Assembly: GCA_963764715.1 (NCBI GenBank)
Contig: CAVXTP010000003.1
Coordinates: 32,001-96,000 of the forward strand
Source: an uncultured Acidobacteriota bacterium
GTDB taxonomy: Bacteria; Acidobacteriota; Thermoanaerobaculia; UBA5066; Gp7-AA6
DNA length: 64,000 bases
Direction of reading: 5' to 3'
Below are positions 46,942 through 57,615 of the stretch, one piece after another. The position numbers were made by a program, and so were the translations under genes. Numbering within the stretch: position 1 is the first letter of the stretch; the number at the start of each line of letters is the position of its first letter. A model generated the notes under the pieces. That model had not been told where the DNA came from. It made no database searches and worked only from the letters and a program-made list of their open reading frames with translations.

Positions 46942-49275
46942 GTCGTCCTCCGGCGCAGGTGCGAAACAACCAGGCCCGCGGCAATCATCCCGAAGAGCAG
47001 GGGCCCGCCCAGGGATAGGGGAAGACCCGGCAGCCGCTCCTCCCAGGCCACCCGGTGGGCCCCGGCCGGCATCGGAACGGCGGAGAACCCGAGCTGCGCC
47101 GGGACGGCCTCGACCGGCCGCCCGTCGAGGGTGACCGCGCGGTAGGGCCAGAAGGCCCGCAGGACGAAGAGCCAGGTCGGGTCCGGCGACGAGACGTCCG
47201 CGACGAGCCGCTCGGGCCGGTCCTCGAGGATGCGGACGGACCCCGGCCCCGCGGCGCCCGCGGCCAGGCGGCCGCTCTCGAGCACGAGCTCGCCTTCGGC
47301 GAGGCCCGCGATCGTCCCGAGGGCCTGGATCGGTCCCGGCGCCTCGCGCCACTTCTCGAGGAGCCGGACGTCGGGAAACGCGCGCACGTGCTCGTCCCAG
47401 GCCTGCAGTGCGTCGCCGCCGACGGGGTGATACCCGGCCAGGGCCTCCTGGTCGCGGAAGCGGATGCCGAAGCGCAGCGCGACCGCGCCGAAGAAGTTGG
47501 CCGAGTCGCGGTAGCCGGTCGCCATGCCCGAGAGGCGCCGCAGGCTCTCGACCCGGGACAGATCGCCGACGTCGAAGTCCTCGTTGAAGACCATGCCGCG
47601 GCCCCAGAAGAGCGGCGTCTGCTGGTACCAGAGGCGGCGGCTGATCTCGGGGCCGGCGAGCGCGGCCGTGTTCTGCTGGAGCTCGAGCGGCGAGAGGCCC
47701 TGGAAGAACGATTCGGAGATCGTCCGGTAGCGGCCCTCCGGGTCGCGGCGCTCGAGGTACCGGGCGAAGGCCGTCGGCCCGAAGATCCGGTCCTCGGCCG
47801 TCGCGACGGCGATTTTCCGGTTCGCGAGGACGGGCACGGCGGTCAGGAGAGCGAGCGCCCAGGCGAGACCCGACGCGCGGCCGCGCCGGGCGAGGGCGTC
47901 GAGCGCGACGACCGTGCCGATCCAGCACAGGCCGGCCTCCGCGAGCGCGAGCGGCAGCGTCCGCGCGGCGTCGGGCGCGCGGGACGGATCGCTTCCGACG
48001 AGCCGTACGGCGAGCCGCGCCGCGCCGTCGCGATCGAGCGCGGCGCCCGCGGCGAGAAGCGTCAGGAGGGCGCCGATTCCGAGGAGGGTCCGGAGGCGCC
48101 CGGGGCGCTCCCGCCACGCGTCGAATGCGATCGCGGCGAACAGGGCGAGAGCGAAGACGACGGCGACCGCGAGCTTCTCGGGGTTGCGGAGCGGCAGCGG
48201 CGAGGAGAGCGGCGGCGATCCGGGCCGGAACGAGGCTCGGCAGGACGCTCGCGGCGAGCGACGCGACGAGGAGAACCCGCGCGAACCGCGCCCCCCGGAC
48301 GCGCGACGCTCCACGCGCGCACGGCGGCGATCGGAGCGAAGGCCCCGGCGTACAGCGTCGGGAAGAGGCCCATCACGCGCCCGCCCCGGATCGCCGGGCT
48401 CCACATCTCCAGCCGCGACATCTCCCAGGCCGCGCCGAAGGGATACGGGACCACGAGCTCGACGAGGCGCCACGGGTGGATCGAATAGGCCAGCACGTCC
48501 CCGAGCCTCATGCCGAGCACGGCGCGGTTCGTCTGCGGGATCCAGAGGGCGGTCGCGACGATCTGCGGCGCCGCCGCCAGCGCTCCGGCCGCGACGGCCC
48601 CGCCGAGCCTCGCCGCGGAGCCGAGGCCCGAGCCGTGATCCTCTTCGAGGGCGATCCAGAGCGCGGCCGCCGCCACGGCGATCGCGATCGTGAAGATGTC
48701 GGCCGCCAGGAAGTCGAGGGCGAACAGGAGCGCGAGCGTCAGGAACCGCGAGGACGGCGAGCCGGACCGGCGAGCCACCGCCCAGACGATCCACGGCAGC
48801 AGCGCCATGCCCGCCTGGATGTGCGAGAAGAAGGCCTCGCCGACGACGACCCCCGAGAGCACGTAGGTCACCGCCGCGATCCAGGCCGCGGCGGCGGACC
48901 GGCCGATCGAGGCCGCGAGCACCAGCATCCCGAGGCCCGCCGCGATCCAGTGAACGAGCGGGAAGATCCGCGCCGAAAGGGGAAACGGCAGAGGCGCCAG
49001 CAGCACGCGGAGCGGGTAGAACGCCCCGACGTTCGGGTTCGGCGCGAGCGGCCGGCCGCCCGAGATCTCCGGCGTCCAGACCGGGAGCTTCCCGCGCGCC
49101 CAGGCGTCGTGGATGCTCTTCTCCATCGGCAGGTTGTAGGCGACCATGTCGCGCCCCGCGAAGTTCGACCGCGAGACGAGCGTGTTGCGCGTAGAGGACG
49201 AGGACGAGCGCCGCGAAGAGAAGCGCGCAGGGCCAGCGACGCGCGGCCGGGCGCACCGGGCGGGCTCGCGCTCAC
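46938..49275 (-). CDS. YfhO-like GT-C membrane protein, copy 2 (frameshifted as given)
   Basis: FAGRDMVAYNLPMEK..HDAWARG.LPVW...SGGRPLAPNPN in one frame; C-terminal half (PLRNPEK...PAQLGFSAV..PAG.H) in another. Indels near 48200-48340 and 49190-49230. Confidence 0.72.
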
Positions 49276-51570
49276 GCCGCCCACCGCACCCGCCGAAGGC
49301 CGACGAGCAGCAGGAAGACCGGCGAGCGGTCCCCAGCGCGACAGCGCGAGGCCCGGATAGCCCTCGCGCCATTCGATCCGGTGCCGGCCGGCCGGGACCG
49401 GGCACGCCGGTGAAGGCGAGCTGCGCCGGCTCGCGTCTCGACCGGGAGGCCGTCGATCGCGACCGAGCGGTAGCTCCAGTCGCCCCGCAGGACGAAGAGC
49501 CAGGACGGGTCGGGGCTCTCCGTCTCGAGCGACGAGGCGCTCGGGGCTCTTCTCGAGGATCCGGAGGCTTCCCGGCCGGGCGCGGCCTTCGGCGTGGCGG
49601 CCGGTCTCGACGACGATCTCCTCCGGCGGCAGGCGCGGCAGCGCGCCGAGGGCCTCCACGGGGCCCGGCACTTCCCGCCAGCGCGGCGAGAGCCGGAGAT
49701 CCGGCAGCGCGTCCGGGTTCTCGTCCCAGGTGTCGAAAGGCGATCGCCTCCGAAGGGACGAAATCCCGCGAACGGCCTTCTGGTCGCGGAAGCGGATCCC
49801 GTAGCGCAGGGAGAGCGTCGAGAAGAACCCGGCCGAATCGGGCTGCGCGGCCGCCACGGAGGAGATCTTGCGCAGGCTCTCGATCCGCGAGAGGTCGCCG
49901 GCGTCGAGATCGCTGTTCAGGACGGTCCCCCGCTTCCAGAGCGTGGGCGTGAAGTAGAACCAGCCCTGGCGGAAGAACTCGCTTCCGCCGAGGTCGCCGA
50001 TCGCCTCGGCGTCGGCGAGCGGGGAGAGCGGCTGGTAGAGCGATTCGTCGACCGTGCGGAACGCGCCGTCCGGATCGCGCCGCGCGAGCGTGCGCGCGAA
50101 GGCGGTCGGCGGAAACACCGTTGCCTCGTGCGCCGTCTGCGCGATCGGGCGATTGGCCGCGACGGGAACGGCCGTCAGGACGAGGAGCCCGGCGCCGAGC
50201 GCCGCCCGCGAGGTCCGGCGGACGAGGTCCGCGCCGATCGCCGTCGCCGCCCAGAGCAGCCCCGCGACCGCGAGCGCCGGAGCGAGCTCGCGGGAAGCCG
50301 ACGCCGCGAGCCGGGCATCGCCGCCCGCCGCGGCGACGACGAACCGGCCCGCCGCGCCGGCGGCGAGGGCCGATCCGCCGGCGGCGAGCGTCAGCACGGC
50401 CGAGACGACGAGGAGGCCGCGAGCCCGCGCCGAGCCCGCCCGCAGCCGGTCGACCGCGAGCCCCGCCGCGACCGCCAGGGCGAAGGACCCGCCGACCATG
50501 AACTTCTCGAGGTAGCGCAGCGGCACCGGAGACGGCAGCCGCCCCCAGGCGGCCGGCAGCAGGTGACCCGAGAGCGCCAGCGCCAGCGCCGCGAAGAAGA
50601 GCGCCCGCGCGAATCGCGCCCCGCGGGGCGTCGTGCCGGCCCGGCCGAAGAGCCCCACGAAGGCGATCGGCGCGACGAAGATCGTCGCGAAGAAGTGGCG
50701 GAAGACCTGGGTGCCCCAGTCCCGCGACAGGTCCATCGACCAGATCGCGCCGAAGGGGTACGGGACGAGGAGCTCGGCGAGGCGGGCCACGGGCAGCGTG
50801 AAGCCGGTGACCTCCGCGAGCGTCAGGCCGCCGACGATCCGCCGGGTCTCGGGCGCGAGCAGCGCCGTGGCGAGCACCTGCGGAAGCGCGAGGAGAAGCG
50901 CCGCGGCGAGCCCCGCGCCGAGGGCGAGCGTGCGGGGCCGGCGCTCCCCCGCCGGCGTCTCGAGGAGGATCCACAGGGCGGAGGCGAAGACGGCGGTCGC
51001 GATCGAGAAGGCGTCGCCCGCGAGGAGCATCGCGCCGTAGACGAGCGCGAGCGGAACGAGGCGTCCGGCCGGTCCCCGCGCGGGCCGCACGAGCGCCCAG
51101 AGCGTCCAGGGAAGCAGGTTCGCGCCCGGCTGGAAGTTGCTGTAGAAGACCTCCGAAACGAGCACGCCCGAGAACGCGAAGGCTCCCGCCGCGACCCACG
51201 CCGCGCCGCGCGAGCCGCCGATCGCCCGCAGGAGCCCGAGCATCCCGAGGCCTCCCAGGATCCAGTGGAAGACCGGGAAGATCCGGACGGCCAGCGGAAG
51301 CGGCAGGATCGCGAGGGCCGGCCGGAGAGGATAGAAAACGCCGGCGTTGGGATTGCTTCCGAGCGGGCGGCCGCCCGAGACCGACTCCCACCACACGGGG
51401 ATTCGCCCCCGCGACCAGGCGTCGTGCACCGCGTGCTCGAGGGGCAGGTTGTAGGGAACGATGTCCCGCCCGACGAAAGTGCGGGGCCCGAAGAGCGGGT
51501 CGGCGTACACCACGACGACCATCGCGGCGAAGAGCGCCGGAAGCAGCCAGCCGCGAAGACGCGCGCTCAC
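49272..51570 (-). CDS. YfhO-like GT-C membrane protein, copy 3 (C-terminal frameshifts as given)
   Basis: GTG 51570 in GTGA overlap; FVGRDIVPYNLPLEH..HDAWSRG...SGGRPLGSNPN. Frame disturbed below about 49770. Confidence 0.75.
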
Positions 51571-53915
51571 GCGGCCCGCGCCGTCCCGGCCCTCGCCCGG
51601 AGGAGGAGGCCGGCCGCGCCGAGAAGAAAGAGCACCGGCCCCCAGCGCGAGACCGCGAGGCCGGGGACCTGCTCTCTCCACTCCAGGCGGTGCTCGCCCG
51701 CGGGGATGGCGACCGCGGAGAACGCGAGCTGCGCCGGCACGGCCTCGACCGCGCGGCCGTCGATCACGATCGAGCGATGGTTCCAGATGCCTCGCAGCAC
51801 GAAGAGCCACGTTGGATCGGGGCTCGCGACCTCGAGCGCCAGGCGCTCCGGCGTATTCTCGAGGACCCGCAGCCGACCGGGAGCGGCCGTCGCCTCGGCG
51901 CGGCGGCCCGTCTCGAGAACGACCTCGCCGGGCGCGAGCCGCGGCAGCGCCTGGAGGGCCGGCACCGCCCCGTCCTCTTCCTTCCAGCTTTCGAGCAGCC
52001 GCAGGTCCGGCAGCGCGCCCGGGTTCTCGTCCCAGATCCGCGTGGCCTCGCGGCCGAACTCGCGAAAGCCCGGAAGCGCGTGCTGGTCGGGCCAGCGGAT
52101 GCCGAAGCGCAGCGAGACCGACGAGAAGAGCCCGGCGCCTTCGGGCGCGGCCGCGGCGAGGCCCGAAACCTTGCGCAGGCTGTCGAGCCGCGAAAAATCC
52201 CCGCGGTCCGGGTCGAGGTTCAGCACGGCGCCGCGGCCCCAGAGGGCCTGCGTCGCGAGCGACCAGTTCTGCCGCAGGCTCTCCGTCAGGTACGGATCTC
52301 CGACGGGCCCGCGGATCATCATCGGCGAGGGCGCCTGGTACACCGTCTCGTCCAGGGCCCGGTACTGCCCGGTCGGATCGCGCCGGGCGACGGCCCGCGC
52401 GAAGGCGGTCGGCGGAAGCACCGACGCTTCGCTCTCGGTGTGCGCGATGCGGCGGTTGGCGGCGATCGGAATCGCCGCCAGGATCGCGACGGCGGCCGCC
52501 ACGCGCGCCCGACCGGGGCCGCGCAGGAGCTCCAGCGCGATCCAGGTCGCCGCCCAGAAGAGGCCTCCCTCGGCGAGCGCGCCCGGCAGCTGCGCTCCGG
52601 CCTCCCGGGCCGCCTCGGGCCCCGCGCCGATCGCCGCCGACGCCGCCCTCCCCGCGGGGGCCGGGAAGCGGCTCGCCGCCGCGGCCGCGATCGCCAGCGC
52701 GGCGGCGACGGCCAGGATCGCGGAGGGAACCCGGCGCGCGCCGCGGAAGCGGTCGAAGGCGAGGCCCGCCGCCACGGCGAGCGCGAGCGCCATGGCGACG
52801 GCGAACTTCTCCGGGAACCGGAGCGGGATCCACGAGGCCCGTTCGCCCCACGCGGCCGGCACGAAGCGAAAGACGGCCGAGAGCGCGAGGCCCGAGAGAA
52901 ACAGCCCCCGGGCGCAGCGCGCGCCGCGCACGCGCGAGCCCCAGATCGCGACGAGGCCGACCGCCGCGAACGCCCCCGCGTAGAGCGTCACGAAGAGGCT
53001 TCGGAAGACCCCGGAGGCCCAGGCCGCGCGATCGTCGAGGGTCCAGAAGTCGCCGAAGGGATACGGCACGACGAGCTCCGCGAGCCGCCAGGGCGACAGC
53101 GTGAAGCCGAGCACTTCGCGGAGCTGGATCCCCGTCACCGCGCGCCGCGTCTCGGGCGCGAGCATCCCGGTCGCGACGATCTGCGGGGCGGCGAGGAGCC
53201 CCGCCAGGACGAGCCCGCCCCCGAGGGCGGCGAACGCCCGCCGCCGCTCCCCCCCGGCCGTCTCGAAGGCGATCCAGCAGAGCGCCGCCAGCAGCGAGAT
53301 CCCGACGGCGAAGACGTCGCCGAGCAGAAACAGCAGGCCGAAGGAGAGCGCCAGCAGGATCGCGCGGACCTCGGGCCGCGTCGCCGGGCGGGCCATCGCC
53401 CAGAGGACCCACGGGTGAAAGGCCGTCGGCGGCTGGTTCGGCAGGTAGAACACGCTCGTCACCAGCACGCCCGAGAAGACGTAGGTCGCCGCGCCCACCC
53501 AGGCCGCCCCGCGCGAGGCGCCGAGGGCGCCGAGAAGCGCCAGCATCCCGGCGCCCGCCAGGATCCACTGCACGACCGGGAACCAGCGCATGGCCGCCGG
53601 GAACGGCAGCCGAGAGAGGGCGAGACGGACCGGGTACAGCGTGCCCGCGTTGGGGTTGGGAAAGAGCGGGCGTCCGCCCGAGAGGTCTTCGCTCCAGACC
53701 GGGATCCGCCCGCGCGCCCAGGCGTCGTGGACCATCTTCTCCATCGGGAGGCCGTACGGCACGAGGTCCCGGCCGACGAAGTTGCGGCCGGTGAAGAGCG
53801 GGTCGCGGTAGACCGCGGCGACGAGGAGGGCGAAGAGGAACGCGGGGAGCAGGCGGCGCAGGATTCGGCGTGACGATGACGGCTTCGAATCCACTCCGGC
53901 GTTAGGATAAGGCAT
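51567..53915 (-). CDS. YfhO-like GT-C membrane protein, copy 4
   Basis: Intact. FVGRDLVPYGLPMEK..HDAWARG...SGGRPLFPNPN. Start is ATG 53915 or GTG 53894. Confidence 0.8.
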   Translation of the reverse strand: MPYPNAGVDSKPSSSRRILRRLLPAFLFALLVAAVYRDPLFTGRNFVGRDLVPYGLPMEKMVHDAWARGRIPVWSEDLSGGRPLFPNPNAGTLYPVRLALSRLPFPAAMRWFPVVQWILAGAGMLALLGALGASRGAAWVGAATYVFSGVLVTSVFYLPNQPPTAFHPWVLWAMARPATRPEVRAILLALSFGLLFLLGDVFAVGISLLAALCWIAFETAGGERRRAFAALGGGLVLAGLLAAPQIVATGMLAPETRRAVTGIQLREVLGFTLSPWRLAELVVPYPFGDFWTLDDRAAWASGVFRSLFVTLYAGAFAAVGLVAIWGSRVRGARCARGLFLSGLALSAVFRFVPAAWGERASWIPLRFPEKFAVAMALALAVAAGLAFDRFRGARRVPSAILAVAAALAIAAAAASRFPAPAGRAASAAIGAGPEAAREAGAQLPGALAEGGLFWAATWIALELLRGPGRARVAAAVAILAAIPIAANRRIAHTESEASVLPPTAFARAVARRDPTGQYRALDETVYQAPSPMMIRGPVGDPYLTESLRQNWSLATQALWGRGAVLNLDPDRGDFSRLDSLRKVSGLAAAAPEGAGLFSSVSLRFGIRWPDQHALPGFREFGREATRIWDENPGALPDLRLLESWKEEDGAVPALQALPRLAPGEVVLETGRRAEATAAPGRLRVLENTPERLALEVASPDPTWLFVLRGIWNHRSIVIDGRAVEAVPAQLAFSAVAIPAGEHRLEWREQVPGLAVSRWGPVLFLLGAAGLLLRARAGTARAA

Positions 53916-53925
53916 CGAACCGGAA

Positions 53926-55389
53926 GTGGAAAGCCGCTCGCCCGCGGCGAAGCTCCTCCTTCCCCTCGTCGTCGTCTCGCTCGCCGCGCGGCTCGTCCTG
54001 TGTCTTCGCCGCCCCCTGTGGTTCGACGAGATCTTCACGGCGTGGGCCGCGCGCCTGTCTCCCCGCGTGCTGCTCGAGGCGCTGCGTCTCGATTCCGGGC
54101 CTCCGGGCTTCTACCTGCTCGAGAAGCCGTTCGCCGCGCTCGCCGGGGCGCGGCCCGACGCCGCCGCGCTTCTGCGCGTTCCGTCGTTTCTCGCGGCCCT
54201 TCTCCTCTTCGCCGGCGCCGCCACGCTGCCCCGCGGCCGGTCGCGCGACGCCTTCCTCGGTCTCACGGCCGCCTCGGTCCTCGTGACGCTCTACGCCGCG
54301 GAAGCGCGTCCCTATGCCCTGCTCGCGCTCCTCGGCTTCGCGGCCTTCCGGCTCGCGCTCTCGGGAAGCCAGACGCCGCGGCGCTTGCTCGCGCTCGCGC
54401 TCGTCGCCGCGGCCGCGCTCTACACCCACTACCTCGCGATCCTCGCCGTCGGCGTCCTCTTCGCCCTCGCGCTCGCCGCGCGGCGCTTTCGCTCGAGCGT
54501 GGCTCTCGCCGCGGGCAGCGCGGCGTTTCTCCCGTGGGTCCCGGTCCTGCGCGCGCAGCCTGCGGCGGCGACGGCCTGGATGCTCGAGTCGACGCCCGAC
54601 TCGCTCCTCGGGTTCGTCTCGGCCCTCGGCGGCGTCGGACGCATCCCCGCGCCCTTCGGCGGCCCCGCGCCGAACGCGCTCTTTCTCGCCGGCGCCGCGG
54701 CGGGAGCGTTCCTCCTCGCCGTCGCCGCGGCGCGCGCCCGGGCGGACCGGGAGCTGCGCGCGGCGCTCGTCTTCGTCGCCGGGGTCCTCGCCGCGGCCCT
54801 TCTCGCCGCGCGCTGGCGGCCGATCGCGTTCGCCGGCCGGACCGAGATGGCGGTCCTGCCGGTGTGGTTCTGGGCGCTCGGCCGGGCCGCGTCCGCGCGC
54901 GGAGCGGCGCGCGCCGGGGTCGTCGTGGCGGCGCTCCTCGGCCTCGGCGCGACCGGGGCGGTCGTCGCCGCCGGCAGCCCGCGCACGGAGCCCGCGGACG
55001 TCGCCGCGGCGCTCGCGAACGTGGCGCGCCCGGGGGACCGGATCGTCGCCGCCGCGAGCCTCTACCTGCCGCTCCGCCGCGAGGCCGGCCTCGGCCGGCT
55101 CCCCGGCTCGCTCTCGGCGCTGCCCGCCGAGCTCGCCGCGCATCCGGGGTGGTTCGTTCCGGCCCTGCCGGGCCCGGAGGAGGTTCGCGCCGTCGCGCGG
55201 GCGATCGCGGAGCTCCCGCCCGGCGGCCGCCTCTACCTCGTCATCCCTCCGGCCTACGCGACGCCCGGGCTCTCGGCCGCGCTCGCGGCGCCGGGCGGCC
55301 GCTCGCGCGAGCTCGCCCGCGGCCCCGACGCCCTCGTCATCCTTCGGACGCGGGACCCGGAGCCTCTTCCTCCTCGTTCCGCGCCCTGA
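53926..55389 (+). CDS. ArnT/PMT-like (GT-C) membrane glycosyltransferase
   Basis: LWFDE after TM1, D..PP.FY, EARPYAL, YTHY, many TM segments. Confidence 0.78.
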   Translation: MESRSPAAKLLLPLVVVSLAARLVLCLRRPLWFDEIFTAWAARLSPRVLLEALRLDSGPPGFYLLEKPFAALAGARPDAAALLRVPSFLAALLLFAGAATLPRGRSRDAFLGLTAASVLVTLYAAEARPYALLALLGFAAFRLALSGSQTPRRLLALALVAAAALYTHYLAILAVGVLFALALAARRFRSSVALAAGSAAFLPWVPVLRAQPAAATAWMLESTPDSLLGFVSALGGVGRIPAPFGGPAPNALFLAGAAAGAFLLAVAAARARADRELRAALVFVAGVLAAALLAARWRPIAFAGRTEMAVLPVWFWALGRAASARGAARAGVVVAALLGLGATGAVVAAGSPRTEPADVAAALANVARPGDRIVAAASLYLPLRREAGLGRLPGSLSALPAELAAHPGWFVPALPGPEEVRAVARAIAELPPGGRLYLVIPPAYATPGLSAALAAPGGRSRELARGPDALVILRTRDPEPLPPRSAP

Positions 55390-56452
55390 CGAGCTCCGCG
55401 CCGAGCCAGACGGCGGCGGCGATCCACGTGCCGAGGGCGGTCGCGCGGACGGGCCACGGCAGCGCGAGGCTCTCCGGCGCCGAGGAGTGATAGAGCGCGC
55501 CGGCGAGCGTGTAGAGACCGTACGCCGCCGAGGGATAGAGGGCCCCGAGCGCGACGGGCCAGACGAGCGACTGCACGGCGTAGGACGGCGCGAAGACGAC
55601 GAGCGCGAGAAAGAGCGCGAGGCTCGCGCGCGACAGCTCCCAGCGCCGCGTCTCGCGGAGGATCCAGGCGACGGCGGTCAGCAGCAGGACCGCGAAGAAA
55701 GCCCGGTGCGGGCCCGACGTCAAGACGAAGGCCTGGAGGCCGCCGGGCTTCTCGAGGACCGGCCCTCCGAGGCGGCCGCCGTAGAGGAGCACCTGGCGGG
55801 CGATGTCGGGCAGCGCTCCGGCGTACGGGAGAAACGAGGCCGCGAAGACGGCGTACGGCGCCAGCACGAGGAGGTCCGGCAGCCCCCCGCGCTCCCGCCG
55901 CCTCGAGAAGAGGAGCGGATGAAACATGGTCACGTGCTTGACGAGGAGAGAGGCCGAGAGCATCGCCGCGACTCCCGCGTGCCGGCGCGGCGACGGCGGC
56001 CGCGACGAGAGCCACAGCGCGGCGAGGAGCCAGAGAACCGCGAGGCCGTCGAACTGGCCGTGCGCGCACGAGATCAGAACGGAGACCGGGTTGGAGAAGA
56101 AGAGCAGCGCCCGCCGCCGGGCCTCCTCCGGCGCGAGGCGCAGGCGGCGGCGGCCGATGCCCGCGAGCAGGCCCGCCGCGGCCGCGTCCCCGGCGGTCTG
56201 CAGGAGGCCCACGAGCAGCACGAAGGTGCCGACGTTTCCGCCCGAGGCCAGCCAGACGCCCGTCGAGACGAACGCCCAGACGGGGCTGTAGTTGTAGCGG
56301 TCCGTCAGCGCGTAGACGTTCTGGCCGGACAGGACGCCGCGGACGACGATCAGGAACGACTGCGTGTCGAAGTTGCCGCGGAACCTCGCCGCGACGGCGA
56401 CGCGCAGGACGAGGACGAGGCCGAAGACGAGAAGGAAGCGGCTCCGGCTCAC
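55337..56452 (-). CDS. GT87/PIG-M-like (GT-C) membrane glycosyltransferase, copy 1
   Basis: GNFD..SF, YNYSPVW, FFSNPVS...HGQFD, LLVKH. GTG start in GTGA overlap. Confidence 0.72.
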   Translation of the reverse strand: MSRSRFLLVFGLVLVLRVAVAARFRGNFDTQSFLIVVRGVLSGQNVYALTDRYNYSPVWAFVSTGVWLASGGNVGTFVLLVGLLQTAGDAAAAGLLAGIGRRRLRLAPEEARRRALLFFSNPVSVLISCAHGQFDGLAVLWLLAALWLSSRPPSPRRHAGVAAMLSASLLVKHVTMFHPLLFSRRRERGGLPDLLVLAPYAVFAASFLPYAGALPDIARQVLLYGGRLGGPVLEKPGGLQAFVLTSGPHRAFFAVLLLTAVAWILRETRRWELSRASLALFLALVVFAPSYAVQSLVWPVALGALYPSAAYGLYTLAGALYHSSAPESLALPWPVRATALGTWIAAAVWLGAELVRARNEEEEAPGPASEG

Positions 56453-57615
56453 GCGGCCGACTCTCCGGCCGCGGCGTCCGCGGACTGCGGCCGGCGGCCG
56501 CGCGCGCGCAGGCCCACCGCCTCCTGGGCGAGCCAGAACGCGGCCGCGAGCCAGGTCCCGACCGAGGAGACCTGGAGCGGCCAGGCGAGATCCAGGCTCC
56601 AGGACGAGTGAAAGATCGCCGCCGCGAAGGCGTAGACGCCGAGGCCCGCCGACGGGTAGAGGGCGCCGACGGCGAGCGGCCAGACGAGGTACTGGATCCC
56701 GTACGTCGGCAGCGCCACGAGGACCGCGAGCCAGAGGACGAGCGCGGCGCGCGGCAGCTCCTCGCGGCGGGTCGCGGAGACGGCCCACGCGACGGCCGCG
56801 GCGAGGATCGCGAAGAGCACGAACCGCTGCCCGCGGGGGATCTCGAGCAGGGCCGTCCACGCCGACGGCTTGGCCCCCCGGGCGCCGTACGCCACGACGT
56901 TCGCCCAGATCGCGGGGCCCGCGCCCGCAAACGGCAGGAACGACAGCGCGAGCGCGGCATACGGGACCGCGAGCGCCGCGTCGGAAAGGCCGGGACGGCG
57001 CACGCGCCGCCAGAAGAGAAGCGGGTGAAAGGCCGTCACGTGCTTGACGAGGAGCGAAGCGGACAGGAGGGCCGTCGCCCATCCCTTCCGCCGGCGATCG
57101 GCGAGGCCTCCCGCCTCGATCGTCACGAGGATCGCTCCGAGCAGCGGCACGATCGCGAGGCCGTCGAACTGGCCGTGCGCGCTCGAGGCCAGGACCGACA
57201 CGGGATTCGCGAAGAAGAGAAGCGCCGCCCCGAGCGCCGACTCCCGGGTGCGTCGGAGGCGAAGGGCGATCGCGAAGACGAGCGCCGCCGCGGCGGCGTC
57301 GGCGGCCGTCGCGAGGAGGCCGAGCAGGAAGACGAAGCGCGCGGCATCCGCCCCGGCGAGCGTCCAGAGCCCGGCGACCGTGTAGGCCCAGACGGGGCTG
57401 TAGTTGTAGCGCTCGGTCGCGGCGTAGACGTTCTGGCCCGAGAGCACGGCCTCGGCGGCGATCCGGAACGAGTCGGTGTCGTAGTTGCCGCGGAAGCGGG
57501 CGGCGATCGCGAGGCGAACGAGGAGAACGAGGAGGACGAGGAGGGCGAGGAGGAAGAAGCCGAGGGCGCGGCGCCGGTCGAGGCCCGGGTCGCCGCCCCC
57601 GGGGGGCGGTTTCAC
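56449..57615 (-). CDS. GT87/PIG-M-like (GT-C) membrane glycosyltransferase, copy 2
   Basis: Tandem paralog: GNYD..SF, YNYSPVW, FFANPVS...HGQFD, LLVKH, QYLVW. Confidence 0.72.
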   Translation of the reverse strand: MKPPPGGGDPGLDRRRALGFFLLALLVLLVLLVRLAIAARFRGNYDTDSFRIAAEAVLSGQNVYAATERYNYSPVWAYTVAGLWTLAGADAARFVFLLGLLATAADAAAAALVFAIALRLRRTRESALGAALLFFANPVSVLASSAHGQFDGLAIVPLLGAILVTIEAGGLADRRRKGWATALLSASLLVKHVTAFHPLLFWRRVRRPGLSDAALAVPYAALALSFLPFAGAGPAIWANVVAYGARGAKPSAWTALLEIPRGQRFVLFAILAAAVAWAVSATRREELPRAALVLWLAVLVALPTYGIQYLVWPLAVGALYPSAGLGVYAFAAAIFHSSWSLDLAWPLQVSSVGTWLAAAFWLAQEAVGLRARGRRPQSADAAAGESAA

